Shown here: positions 1 to 11,979 of the stretch, piece after piece
Layout: every line of letters begins with the position of its first letter
How positions within the stretch are numbered: position 1 is the first letter of the stretch
Assembly (NCBI RefSeq): GCF_009914755.1
Contig: NC_060930.1
From: the human T2T-CHM13v2.0 reference genome, Homo sapiens
DNA: 64,000 bases
Strand: one strand, 5' to 3'
The notes under the pieces: model-generated
The model's database searches: none
What the model saw: the letters and a program-made list of their open reading frames with translations, nothing else
What the model was told of the DNA's origin: nothing
Translations under genes and position numbers: made by a program

Positions 1-1679
1 TTTGGCAGAGGGTGAAACCTGGCTTAGCTGGATACTTCTGGCACAAGCTGCTTCAGAAGCCCTGGACATTATATCTTCAGATAAAAAAACTGAAGCCAGA
101 TCTTAGCCTGAGTTTTGTATACTTACAGTGTCCACTTCTGTTTATTCCAAAGAACAGTCCAGGCTTGGCTGGAATGATCCAATACTTCCTATGATTTTAT
201 CCTCATTAGCCACTCAACCTAGAATCCAATTTTAATTATACTCCAGAAGCATCAAGTGGTAGGTGAGGCTGCCGTTTCAGAAAGGGACAGTATAAGGGTC
301 AGTCCAATTGAAAAAGCAGTTCTCAGGACTTGCTTTAGCTCATTCTCATCATAGAGCTTTCTCTGCAGAAGGAACCTACTGGGTCCTCCTTCCTGGTCCT
401 TGAACTTCTGACCTAGAGTGGCTTAATCCTGCTGCCACCTCTCTCTCACACTCTGATGCCGAATGATTCCAGGAACTGGGCCATGCTCTGGTGGGAATGA
501 CCTTACCCTGAGCATGTCATTCATGCATTGAACAGCAGCTGAGAGCAGAGCTAAGGCTGATCCCTATAAGGAGAGAAGAATCACATCCTGCAGAAGTCAG
601 TCTAGAAGAGCAGGTACTGTAGCCACAGCAAAGACACAGTTGATACCTGAATAACAATAATACAAGACAGGATATGGGAACAGCAAAAGATTTGGGTGTC
701 AGAAGAGGCTGAGAACACTTCAGGCAGGAACATTCAGAGTTGTTCTTGGAGGAAGTAGGCACGAAGGCTGGGCAGGATTTCACGGGGCAGAGATGGAGCA
801 AACAATTCAAGTGAAAGGCATGGCATGGGAAAGGGAGCGCTGGCCACAGGGAGTGCAACATTGTGATGCAAGGCCACTGTGGAGCCATTGCTAGCGTATT
901 AACTGCAAAGTTTTGAATTGAATCAGAAGGTAATTGGAGGCCTCCAGACTAAGCATTTAGACACTTGAGGGACATATTCACAACTGAGCCTCGGGAAGAT
1001 TATTCTGCAAGATATCTCTACAATGACAAGATTTAGTCTGTGGAAAAGGGATTTTTTTTTGGAGGGAAGAGGGTATGTGTGCCAGTGTGTATGTGTGTGT
1101 GTGTGGTCCTTGGACTCAACCCCACCACCTACTGGCAGAAAGTCAAGGCCAGCTAGAAAGTTTTGTTCACTTCTATCTTCTGTCCCTACCAGAATGCCAC
1201 CTGCCTGAGGGAAAGGGTTTTTGATCATAACTCAGGATTCTCAGCACCTCTTATCCGATAGCTTTGGAATGAATGACAAGGCCTTCATAACAGCCACTGC
1301 AACTGCTGTCTCCTTTCCTTTGCTACCCCTCCCGCTCCAGCCATGCCTGCTTCCCCCAAGACCTTCCGTGCTCCAGGCCCAAACTCCAAAGCCAGCAACT
1401 TAGACAAGAGTCCTCTGGCTTTGGAAAGAGGGCGGCTTTTGTTTTCCTCCTCATGTTTCCTCCCCAGCAAAATCTCCCTCTACATAGAGAAGCCTCTCCT
1501 TGTGGATAGTAGCAAAGCCACCAACCTTGGGGACCAGCCTTGGGAATCTCAAGGCTTGAGAGAGAGAGAGAGAGGAAAGAAAAAGTATCTTGCTTTCGAA
1601 CAAACAAAAAGGAAATAAAAAGACCCGATAATCTCAAAAGGTTACTTGCTGCTTGAAATTTTTGATTCGGTGTATTCTA

Positions 1680-1741
1680 CCTAGTAACTGCTGAGAAATA
1701 AGGCTCGACACCATTGGCTGGTTCACTCACACCCGGCCAAT
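1680..1741 (+). promoter_or_regulatory. BTN2A3P promoter, X/Y (SXY-like) module
   Basis: RFX X-box-like CCTAGTAACTGCTG at 1680-1693, ATTGG (Y box) at 1713-1717 and a second CCAAT at 1737-1741. Same layout as 38204-38265. CpG-rich sequence follows (about 1980-2250). Confidence 0.7.
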
Positions 1742-2482
1742 CCTGGACTCTAAAATACTTAGGGAAATCTTGGGACACTGTGGAAGCCCAGAGAATCTGA
1801 TCCCGGGTCCCACAACTTCACATATCGCGAGTAAGTGGGAGGCAAAGAAAATTCTTTTTCTCCTCTTTTGGGACAGTTTGTGACTAGTAGTGCCTGTGCC
1901 CCTGGAAAGGTTGGAGACTTGGGGGACGACTGGAGAATTGCCATTTGAGGACCAAAGGAGAAAAGAAACTACACGCTAATTCTAGAAGGTAGGAAAGGGA
2001 GGGTAGGCGCTACAGCTCCGGGGTGAAGGCGGTCGATGGAAGTAGCGGGATCCGCTGTGGACTTGAGAGGGGGTTCTGGGAGAGGGAAAGCCCACCGGTG
2101 GGGCGGCGCCTCCTCGCCTGGCTTTACCTCCGGTGGCCCGGCGTGGATCGCGGGGAGGAGGAAGTGAAGGGAGGAGGGTGTGATAGAATCCAGCGACAAC
2201 TGAAGAAACCGGACTCTGGCCAGAGAAGTGAGCCGAGGAGGGCGGAAAAAGGCCCCCTTGATCTTGGCATTGATGGCTTACTTCATGGAATGTTTAAGGA
2301 ATCCCTCTCTCAGGAGATACCTGAGCCTTCGGATGCAGGGGACTCTCTGAAGTTGGGGCACTGATGAGACCTACTTGAGTGACGGGAGAGGTTGGGCCCG
2401 ACCAGCACTGAGGTGCCAAGACTCCTAGGCTGATTCTCCTCTGTAACCCTAGGCCTCCTGTCCCTGCCTGCTCTGGGTGCTC

Positions 2483-2561
2483 ATGGAACCAGCTGCTGCC
2501 CTGCACTTCTCCCGGCCAGCCTCCCTCCTCCTCCTCCTCAGCCTGTGTGCACTGGTCTCAG
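2483..2561 (+). pseudogene. BTN2A3P: BTN2A3P signal-peptide exon (MEPAAALHFSRPASLLLLLSLCALVS)
   Basis: ATG at 2483, acceptor AG 2451-2452, donor G|GTAGGG at 2562; 79 nt, phase 1. Confidence 0.92.
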
Positions 2562-3296
2562 GTAGGGATGTGTGCCACTTGCTGCTGTCACCTATCAGAA
2601 AGGATCATCAACCCTGTAGTCTGCAAAGGCAAAGAAAGAAGGACTGTGGAGTTGTTGACTTATCCTTTCATTCTGAACATGTTCACTGAATTTATACCAG
2701 CACTGTCCAAAAGAAACACAGTGAGGCACAAAGGCCAAGTGCATGTACAATTGCAAATTTTCCAAAAAAATTAAATTTTACTTTTTATTTAAGAAAGTAA
2801 AAAGAAACATGAAATAAATGTGTGTACTATATTTTGTTTCACCCCAAATAACCAAATATGAATATATAAATGCTTAGTCAACATTTTGAAATTTTAAATC
2901 TTCATAATCCTGTGCGTATTTTACACTTACAGTTCATTTCAGTTGGAACTAGCTAGTGGGTAGGTGCCCTATTGCACGGCTCAAGTTTACACTACACTCA
3001 GGCACAGCGCTAGATTGGGGAATGGAGGAAATTCTCCTCATGGGGCACAGGGTGGACAGAGGGTGCTCAGGGAGGGCTCCCCAGGGTTTCCTTCATGAAC
3101 CAGAAGCAGATTTCATAGTTACTGCTCCCAGGGGTGCTGTTGACTAGCCACAGCTACTGGTCCCCAGAATTCTCAGCCCAAGGAGACCCTATGGCCGTGG
3201 AAAGAATATGTTTGTCCCTGGAATACCTGCTTCCTTTCCTGCCTTAGAGATGTGATGGCTGGTGTCTTTGTCTGATTCTGCCCCTTTGTTGAACAG

Positions 3297-3641
3297 CCCA
3301 GGTCACTGTCGTGGGGCCCACTGATCCCATCCTGGCCATGGTGGGAGAAAACACTACGTTACGATGCTGTCTGTCACCCGAGGAAAATGCTGAGGACATG
3401 GAGGTGCGGTGGTTCCAGTCTCAGTTCTCCCCTGCAGTGTTTGTGTATAAGGGTGGAAGAGAGAGAACAGAGGAGCAGAAGGAGGAGTACCGAGGGAGAA
3501 CCACCTTTGTGAGCAAAGACAGCAGGGGCAGCGTGGCCCTGATCATACACAATGTCACAGCCGAGGATAACGGCATCTACCAGTGTTACTTCCAAGAAGG
3601 CAGGTCCTGCAATGAGGCCATCCTGCACCTTGTGGTGGCAG
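3297..3641 (+). pseudogene. BTN2A3P: BTN2A3P IgV exon (open)
   Basis: AACAG|CCCAG acceptor, GCAG|GTGCG donor; 345 nt, one codon shorter than the 348-nt BTN2A1 exon (KDSRG versus KDISRG). Matches ORF 3311. Confidence 0.92.
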
Positions 3642-4127
3642 GTGCGTTGCTTCATTTTGCTTTGTTACTTTGGCACTGTGTGACTTTGGGTAAAGCTTCT
3701 CTTCTAAATTCCAGCCCATTGCAGACCAGCACAATCCTCTTTCCTGGATCCCCATTCCGCAGGGACACTCTCCCTATGAAAAGAAGATTCCAGGGAAAAA
3801 TCCTTCCTCCTGCACAAGGGCCACCATGAGTGAGTTTGCCCTGCTAAGCCGTGGGCTTGACTTCTTGAGAAGCACATGCAGAACTCAGTTGAGGCCATGA
3901 GCCGGGGAAAATGGTGAATCTCGGAAGAGAAGTCCTATGCCTGCCTTAGCACTGAGCTGTGCACTTCTGAGAGTGAGAGGAGACACCATCAATAATTGTC
4001 TTGGGACAACTGGAATAAACAGTGACTGCCCAGAGAACTACGATATTTGAAATCTTATTTCTTGATGAATATTCATCCTGACTTCTTTCCTGAAATGCTG
4101 TTTGCAAAGAGAGTGACTTATATGTAA

Positions 4128-4459
<332 letters not shown>

Positions 4460-5192
4460 CAGAGGCAAAATTATATTCCTGCTGACTCCACAGAGAAAGT
4501 GTAAGAATTTAGCTGGCAGGGAATAGACAAGGTTTCAACATAGAAATACATTTGAACTGGAATTTCTAGGAGTTTGCTAAAATGACATTAAGTGATTACC
4601 TCAGTCTTGGGGTTAGTTTATTGTGCTTTAAAAGATATATTTGAGGACTGAAAAAGCCCTTCAGGTGCAGGATAATCTGTGGTGGCATTTCACTCCATCA
4701 GACCAGAGGAGGTGAGGACTAGGGAATTGGGTCCTTCCCAGGGGGCCTCAAATCATAACAGGTAGGAGACCCCATCTTTGCTACTCACAAAGGCAAACTT
4801 GCATGTGATTAAAACAGAATATCATGGAAGGAGGGTTTCTTGATCTTGTGTCATGGCTGTGTTTGTAGCAGCACTGCAGGGTTGGCCAGTTATGGTTTCT
4901 GCGTGGCAGGAATCTACTCCTCCCTCTCTGTAAAACTGACACTGGCCTGGCCTTTCCCACTCTGAATTGGGCTGCTTAGGACTTTTTGTTTGTTTGTTTA
5001 TTGTATTCTCTATGTTAGGTTGGTTGGCCGGCTGATTTTGCCTTTAAATCTATTTTGTCATGCTTGCCTGTATTGAACCTCATGGAATGTTTTGAAGAAC
5101 TTTGTTCTCCAATTTGCTGAGTTATTTTAATTCTTATTCCACTGAGCCTTTAAATGTACAAGTAGTTTTATCTCTTGATAAAAATTAAAATG

Positions 5193-5410
5193 AGCCTGGG
5201 CAACATGGCAAAACCCCATCTCTTTTAAAAATATATAAAAAAAATTAGCCAGGCATGGTGGCACATGCCTGTAGTCTTAGCTACTTGGGAGGCTGAGGTG
5301 GGAGGATCACCTGAACCCAGGAAGTTCAGGCTGTGGTGAACCACGGTCATGCCACTGCACTCCAGCCCAGGTAATAGAGTGAGACTGTGTCAAAAAATAA
5401 TAATAATAAT
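5193..5410 (+). mobile_element. 5'-truncated Alu shared with the BTN2A1 paralogue (42202-42412)
   Basis: GCCTGGGCAACATGGCAAAACCCC...CACTGCACTCCAGCC followed by an A-rich tail. Confidence 0.85.
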
Positions 5411-5741
5411 TAAATTGAGCCATAGCAATAGACTAAAGTTATTGGCTTAATTTCCTGTCTTTGCCATAATTTGAAGACTTTACAAAGGAATTACTCAGAA
5501 GAAGTTTGGATGTTCACACATGGCTTAAGGGTCTCCTAGGACCATGCAGCTCTTTCATACCTGGTATTCACTTTTATTGAAGATTCATTAAACATGGATT
5601 GTAGTTAGGGTAAGTCTAGATTCTTAGGATTTTTGGTGATGATCTCTGATATTGAAAAAGTGATATGGTTATCTTAATCCCAAGAGCATCCAGATCTTTC
5701 TAATAAATCGATGTTCTCAAAGCACTATAAGAAAATTGCCC

Positions 5742-5938
5742 ACCTGGGCAACACTTTATCTCTACAATAAAATAAAATGTTAGCCAAGCATGGTGGAACA
5801 TGCCTGTAATCCTAGCTAGTTGGGAGGCTAAAGCGGGAAGATCTCTTGAGCCCAGGACTACAGGGTACAGTGAGCTATGATTTTGCCACTGCACTCCAGC
5901 CTGGACAACAGAGCTAAAACCCTGTCTAAAAAACAAAA
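5742..5938 (+). mobile_element. Old truncated Alu shared with 42766-42943
   Basis: Alu right-arm motifs, diverged; same position in both paralogues. Confidence 0.8.
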
Positions 5939-6605
5939 GAGACATTGCCTAAAAGACGGATCCTCTGGGAGGTAAACAGTATGAATTAGGGTTAGAGTTG
6001 GTTTTGCAGGCTACCATGTTGAGGCTCCTAAAAACCATCACCTCCTGTGGGTGGGAGAGAGCTGTGGTTATGTGAAGCCCTAAACTAAACAGAAAAGTAA
6101 ATGTCTTTAGGTCAAATGGTTGCTTAGTATTCTGCCTGCCTGGCAGATTTTTGTCCTCCTTGTTATTCAAGAGCTTCTGGAAGCTGAGGTCTACTGAGAA
6201 GTCATCCTGGGACCAGAAAGTGAAATCCAAAACCTGCCTGTTTGAAGTGGGAGTTGACAAACCCACCTTAAGTGAGAAAATTAATCTGGCAGGATAAAAT
6301 GAACAAGCATTTATAGCAGACACATAGATGCTTGGTGCTGTGATGGGGCCTGTAGGTGGACCACAAAGAAAAGGGTGCAATTGGATCCTTTCCTCTTAGA
6401 GAGCTCACAGTTTGTGTGGCCAATTGGTCTGCTGGTGTTCTCCAACATCAATGTTCTTTCTTCCTTACCCTCATCCTTTTCTTCTTCCTTCCTATTTCTT
6501 GCTTCCTACTTCCCTCTTTTTTTCCTTTACTTTCTCTCTTCACAGAAGAGATGCAATAGGCACTGAGACACTGCCTTTTGGCTGTGCCCTGGTATCTCTC
6601 CCCAG

Positions 6606-6887
6606 GACTGGACTCTGAGCCCGTCATTGAAATGAGAGACCACGAGGACGGGGGCATCCAGCTGGAGTGCATATCTGGAGGGTGGTACCCAAAGCCCCTC
6701 ACAGTGTGGAGGGACCCCTACGGTGAGGTCGTGCCTGCCCTGAAGGAGGTCTCCACCCCTGACGCAGACAGCCTCTTCATGGTCACCACAGCTGTGATCA
6801 TCAGAGACAAGTCTGTGAGGAACGTGTCCTGCTCTATCAATGACACCCTGCTCGGCCAGAAGAAAGAAAGTGTCATTTTTATTCCAG
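6606..6887 (+). pseudogene. BTN2A3P: BTN2A3P IgC exon (open)
   Basis: CCCAG|GACTG acceptor, CCAG|GTTAG donor; 282 nt; [10 protein letters not shown]...ESVIFIP, paralogous to 43628-43909. Confidence 0.92.
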
Positions 6888-8234
6888 GTTAGTTCTCTGC
6901 TCTCTGAGACTCATTGAGTGCATGGGGGATCCTCAGCACACAGATGGAGCCCAGAGCGGGGATGGGGGCAGCAGTGTGGGTGGAATGAATGGTTCTGGGC
7001 CCTGAGGACCTGGAGGCTGCAGCTGATATGAAGCTTCTCTAACCCCTTTTCACAAAAGGAGAATCAAAGAGTCCCAAAACTCGGGAGTAGGAGCCTCTTC
7101 TCTGAGGGCGAACCTAGTCTTTTTTTTTTTTTTCCTGCAAGATCCTTATGATGCAGCAATTTTTAAACATTGAAAACAACCATGACACATGGAGGGAGGG
7201 TGGTGTGGATAGGTGACTCTCTACACTTGGTGTTCCTGTATGCTGCAGCCATCCCTTCCTGCCCAGGGGATTTCCCAAGGGACAGAGCTGGGGAAAATCC
7301 TTATTGATACACGCTCATAATTCATTCAACAAATGCTCAAGACACTGTTCTAGAAACCAAGGGTAAATCATTGAACAAAATATATCAAGATCTCCTCCCT
7401 CAAAAAGTGATTAAATAATTGACCATATACTCTATCAGATGGTTTGAACATCTGTAGGAAACATTAAGCATGGAGGGAATAAAGAGAGGCAGGGGCATGA
7501 GATATTGCAATTATTAACAGAATGGTCAGGGAAGAATTCACTGTAAAGATGGAATTGAGTCATTCTGTCTGATGGCAAGGAACCATCAGATGCTTAAAGA
7601 CTGAGCAACCCAGCTACAGGAAGAGCATATGCAAAGGGCCTGGGGAAGGAACATCTCTGGCAGTTTCCAGGACCCTCAGGAGGTGATGCTGTTGTGGCTG
7701 AAATGGAGTGAGTGCAGGAAGTGAGAGGAGATGAATTCACAGAGGCAATGAAAACACATACATGGCATCGCAAGCCACAAAAAGACTGGTTTTTAGAGCG
7801 AGTGACTTGGAAAGCATTGGAAGGATTTGAGCTAAGAATTAACATGATCTCACTTGGGCTGGTCTGCTGAGAATGGACTACCAATGGTAAGGGCAGAATA
7901 AGAAGGAAGGCACTGCAGTATTCCAGGTATGAGTGGTGGTGGCTTGAGGCAGGGTGGCGGCTGTGCTGACTCAGCATAACGGGTTAGCTTTATGTACACT
8001 GGTCCTTCCTACCGTGACTCCAGATGTTTCTGCTTTGCTACCTCTGGGCCTTGGCCCTGGAAGCCACTGAGGTGTCAGCCAGGGCTGAGCCAGCATCACT
8101 TTCTCCATCCAAGTTTTCTGAGGGAGAAACTAATAGAGCAGGAGGCTGAGGAGCTCTTGAGATGTGCTGCTAGGGGCACTCTCACCTGGATGTTCTGTTT
8201 CAAACTAAGTGGACGTTTCTGGCTTCCTTTTCAG

Positions 8235-8457
8235 AATCCTTTATGCCCAGCAGGTCTCCATGTGTGGTGATCCTGCCTGTTATCATGATTATTCTGATGA
8301 TACCCATTGCCATATGCATCTACTGGATCAACAATCTCCAAAAGGAAAAAAAAGATTCTGTCAGGGCAAAAGGAGCTTGAACAGGAAAGGAAAGAAACTG
8401 CACTAAAGGAACTGGAGAAAGAACATGTGGAAAAAGAGAAAGAACTTCAGATAAACA
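8235..8457 (+). pseudogene. BTN2A3P: BTN2A3P transmembrane/juxtamembrane exon with +1 frameshift
   Basis: 223 nt versus 222 in BTN2A1. The hydrophobic stretch [23 protein letters not shown] is intact. The A8 run at 8346-8353 shifts frame to ...[12 protein letters not shown] (TGA 8378-8380). Weak donor ACA|GTAAAA. Confidence 0.9.
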
Positions 8458-8465
8458 GTAAAAGA

Positions 8466-8603
8466 GGCCAGGTATGGTGGCTCATGGCTTGAATCCCAAC
8501 ACTGTGGGAGGCTGAGGCAGGCGGATTACTTGAGCCCAGGAGTTCGAGACCAACCTGGGCAATAAAGTGAGACCCTGTGTCTAATTAAAAAAAAAAAAAA
8601 AAA
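8466..8603 (+). mobile_element. Alu monomer (FLAM-like) directly after the TM exon; paralogue at 45799-45940
   Basis: GGCCAGGTATGGTGGCTCATG...GAGACCCTG followed by poly-A. Confidence 0.85.
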
Positions 8604-9006
8604 GTAAAAGAGTAGGAGGACAGTTCACCATTATAGAAAGAACACAGCTCTCCCAGGTACCAGCATACAGAAGAGAGAGGAAATGCACAGCAGCAGCAGC
8701 AAGGACTTGGAACTCTCATGTCCTTGGAATGAATCTCTCAGAGCTTTTGTTCTTTCATTCTGCCCGCATTGCACTCATTCACCTGGCTACATGAAGTACT
8801 AAATGGTTGAGCAAAAGCAAGTGTAACAATGTACTGGTACTACCCAGCCCCTGATCATATATCATTTCTGGTTTCTGACAGTGCCCTAGGCATGAGGGAA
8901 GGGAGATGTTGCTGTTCATAGAAAGGGCTGTTCCTGCTTTGCTTACTATAAACCCGACTTCTTTTAGTTCTTCTGTTGAAGACATGATTTTGTTTCTGTT
9001 TTTCAG

Positions 9007-9026
9007 AGCAACTTCTGAAGAATTGC
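9007..9026 (+). pseudogene. BTN2A3P: BTN2A3P decayed heptad micro-exon
   Basis: 20 nt versus 21 nt at 46337-46357; donor GTAAGT has become ATACGT. Confidence 0.85.
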
Positions 9027-9122
9027 ATACGTTTAGCCTTTCCTGAACTACTCCATGTACAATTTGTGTTCTGCTCATTTAGCAGCATCTCATGACATTC
9101 AACCTCTGTCTGTCCCTTGCAG

Positions 9123-9149
9123 GATGGAGAAGAACATTCTTACATGCTG
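9123..9149 (+). pseudogene. BTN2A3P: BTN2A3P 27-nt micro-exon (WRRTFLHA), intact
   Basis: Identical to 46446-46472, with AG and GTGAGT splice sites intact. Confidence 0.9.
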
Positions 9150-10048
9150 GTGAGTGCCTCTGATGCTCCCTCAGATCTCAGCTTTCTCCCGCTAGCCAGC
9201 TAACAGGACTCCTTAGAGGAGATGAGCAAGGGGCCCAGGGCTACACAGGGATAGCAGGGAATTGGGGTCAGTTCATCAACAGTGTCCCAGCAATGATGCA
9301 TCATGGCTCTTCTGTCAGAGAATCCCAGCAGCTCTCAATCCACCGTGGTTTACATCCCAGGATCCTTTCTCTTTTGGAATAATTTAATACATGATTACCA
9401 GAGGTTTCCATATATAGTAGCCTCCCCAAGACTTATGCTTCAGTGGTTTTTGCTCTTTGATTCTGGATCAGTTTGAAAGAAGACAATGCTGTCTTAGCAA
9501 TTTATATACTAGGAATGATGTAGACTGTGCATAGTTGAAGGCACATGTTGGCAAGAGGCTATAAAGGTTCCCAATCAGCTTGACAGAATGGTATACAAAT
9601 AACTGGCCAGAAATGCCTTTCTGCTCTTAAGAGAACACCTATACTTTGTGTATATATAGCCTGCCAGGGGAGGGGGTTCGGGTGGGTGGGAGAGCACAGA
9701 ACCCAATTGCCCACTCCCAATGGGCACTTCCCATCTTATGATTGAGCCCCTCTGCCCATAAGCACCACAGAATCCAAGCTTCACCAGATACCATGGCACA
9801 CGGACCCTTCCTCTTTAGGTGAATTTCAAAATTGCCACTGTCAACTTGGGACCAAATAGCAAAATGTCACAACCAGACATATTAACTTGGGGAATGGAGG
9901 AAATCATTTTAACACAATAGAAAGGTAGACTAAATAAGTAAGAATAAATGTAGATGGGGGAGGCCGGCAGAATGCCCGGAGTCTGGAGCATTTCTTGCAC
10001 TGACAGGAAATGTACCTAGGTAGGCACCTACATTTCCTGTACCTACCT

Positions 10049-10158
10049 ATATGTTCTTTCCCCAGTTCTTTTAGCAGTTTCTTTCCTTTCCTATTCAAAT
10101 CCCTTTTCCCTAGACAGAATCTTTTCTTCCTTTTGGAGTTTGTTGATCTAATAGGTAT
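10049..10158 (-). repeat. Inverted partial duplicate of the BTN2A TM/juxtamembrane exon
   Basis: Reverse complement reads ...GATCAACAAACTCCAAAAGGAAGAAAAGATTCTGTCTAGGGAAAAGGGATTTGAATAGGAAAGGAAAGAAACTGCTAAAAGAACTGGGGAAAGAACAT, matching about 8316-8428 and 45650-45760. Confidence 0.88.
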
Positions 10159-10670
10159 ACAGAAGTCATACCTGCAGACATCAGACCCATGTTGTTGAAG
10201 CAAAACTGGATGGAAATAGTTCCTCCATACCTTTGCCTACAGACCCCTCAGGCAGTAGGTTTTCTTTTGGGGACATTTATTTTTCTCCTTTATCCTCGAA
10301 GGGTGCCCTCGTCAGTCATTTAAATCAGTTGTCATCTGGTAAAAGGAACACATAGGACCAACGAAGAAACCCTTTATCCTCCAGGACAGTGTGAAGGGAA
10401 AGACTCACCTTAGTTGATCCAATGGGGAGAGGAGGAGCAGGACATAAAGCCTCTGTGCTGGTTTGAGCCAAGTTGGAAAGTTTCTAACTAAAGAAAGTCC
10501 CAGAGATCATAGGTCTTGAATAGAAAAGGGAATAGATTTTAGAATGCTAAAATTGTGAATGATTAATTTGGGCTCATTCCCCAAATTCTCTGGATTTCAT
10601 AAAGCCTCAGTTCTTCTCAACCTGAGGGTGCTGCTTACTGTCTCTGGAGAGACAGAAATGCAGCTTCAGA

Positions 10671-11005
<335 letters not shown>

Positions 11006-11113
11006 TCAGGGGGCCTTCGTGGAAATGGCCCCTACATGGGGATCCCGCTGCAGCTTTCTGAGACCTCTCAGGGCACCAGGAACCACACAGAGTTCCTGAG
11101 ACTTCCTCTGCAG

Positions 11114-11979
11114 CCAATGTTGTCCTGGACCAAGACACTGGTCATCCCTATCTCTTCGTGTCAGAGGACAAAAGAAGTGTGACATTGGACCCCTCCAGGG
11201 AGAGCATTCCGGGCAACCCAGAGAGATTCGACAGTCAGCTTTGTGTCCTGGGCCAGGAGAGCTTCGCCTCAGGGAAACATTACTTGGAGGTAGATGTGGA
11301 AAATGTGATTGAGTGGACTGTGGGGATCTGTAGAGACAATGTTGAGAGGAAATGGGAGGTCCCACTACTTCCTCAGAATGGCTTCTGGACCTTGGAGATG
11401 CATAAAAGGAAATACTGGGCCCTGACCTCCCTTAAGTGGATTCTCTCTCTGGAGGAGCCCCTTTGCCAGGTGGGCATCTTCCTGGACTATGAAGCTGGAG
11501 ACGTCTCCTTCTACAACATGAGGGACAGATCACACATCTACACATTTCCCCATTCAGCCTTTTCTGTGCCTGTGAGGCCCTTCTTCAGCTTAGGGTCTTA
11601 TGACAGCCAAATCTTAATCTGCTCTGCATTCACAGGAGCCAGTGGGGTCACGGTGCCTGAAGAGGGCTGGACACTTCACAGAGCAGGGACCCACCACAGC
11701 CCACAGAATCAGTTCCCCAGTCTCACAGCCATGGAAACAAGCCCTGGCCATCTCAGCAGCCACTGCACAATGCCTCTGGTGGAAGACACGCCCTCCTCCC
11801 CTCTGGTCACACAAGAGAACATCTTCCAGCTGCCTCTTTCACACCCACTCCAGACCTCAGCCCCTGTTCACCTCCTCATTAGGTGTGGCTTTAGTAGTTC
11901 CTTTGGTTGTAACTATGGGATGGAATCCAGGCATAGGGAACTAGTTGTTCCACAGCTCCCAGCCAGGAAGAAAGTGTGA
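11114..11979 (+). pseudogene. BTN2A3P: BTN2A3P B30.2 (PRY/SPRY) exon, open, with extended C-terminus
   Basis: CTGCAG|CCAAT acceptor, in frame with ORF 11158-11979. B30.2 motifs [20 protein letters not shown] (W>L) and FLDYEAG. The BTN2A1 stop position is CAG at 11704-11706. Confidence 0.9.

Noticed and set aside
517-888. Minus-strand 123-aa ORF similar to 37042-37386
   Set aside because: Paralogous intergenic DNA, stop positions differ, no splice or domain support.
2023-2364. 113-aa ORF conserved with 38542-38883
   Set aside because: Non-ATG start inside intron 1. The similarity is explained by the duplication and the near-identical DNA tract; no recognisable domain.
8346-9026. Idea that the -1 in the BTN2A3P micro-exon compensates the +1 in exon 5
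   Set aside because: TGA at 8378-8380 lies between the two changes, and the micro-exon donor is destroyed.
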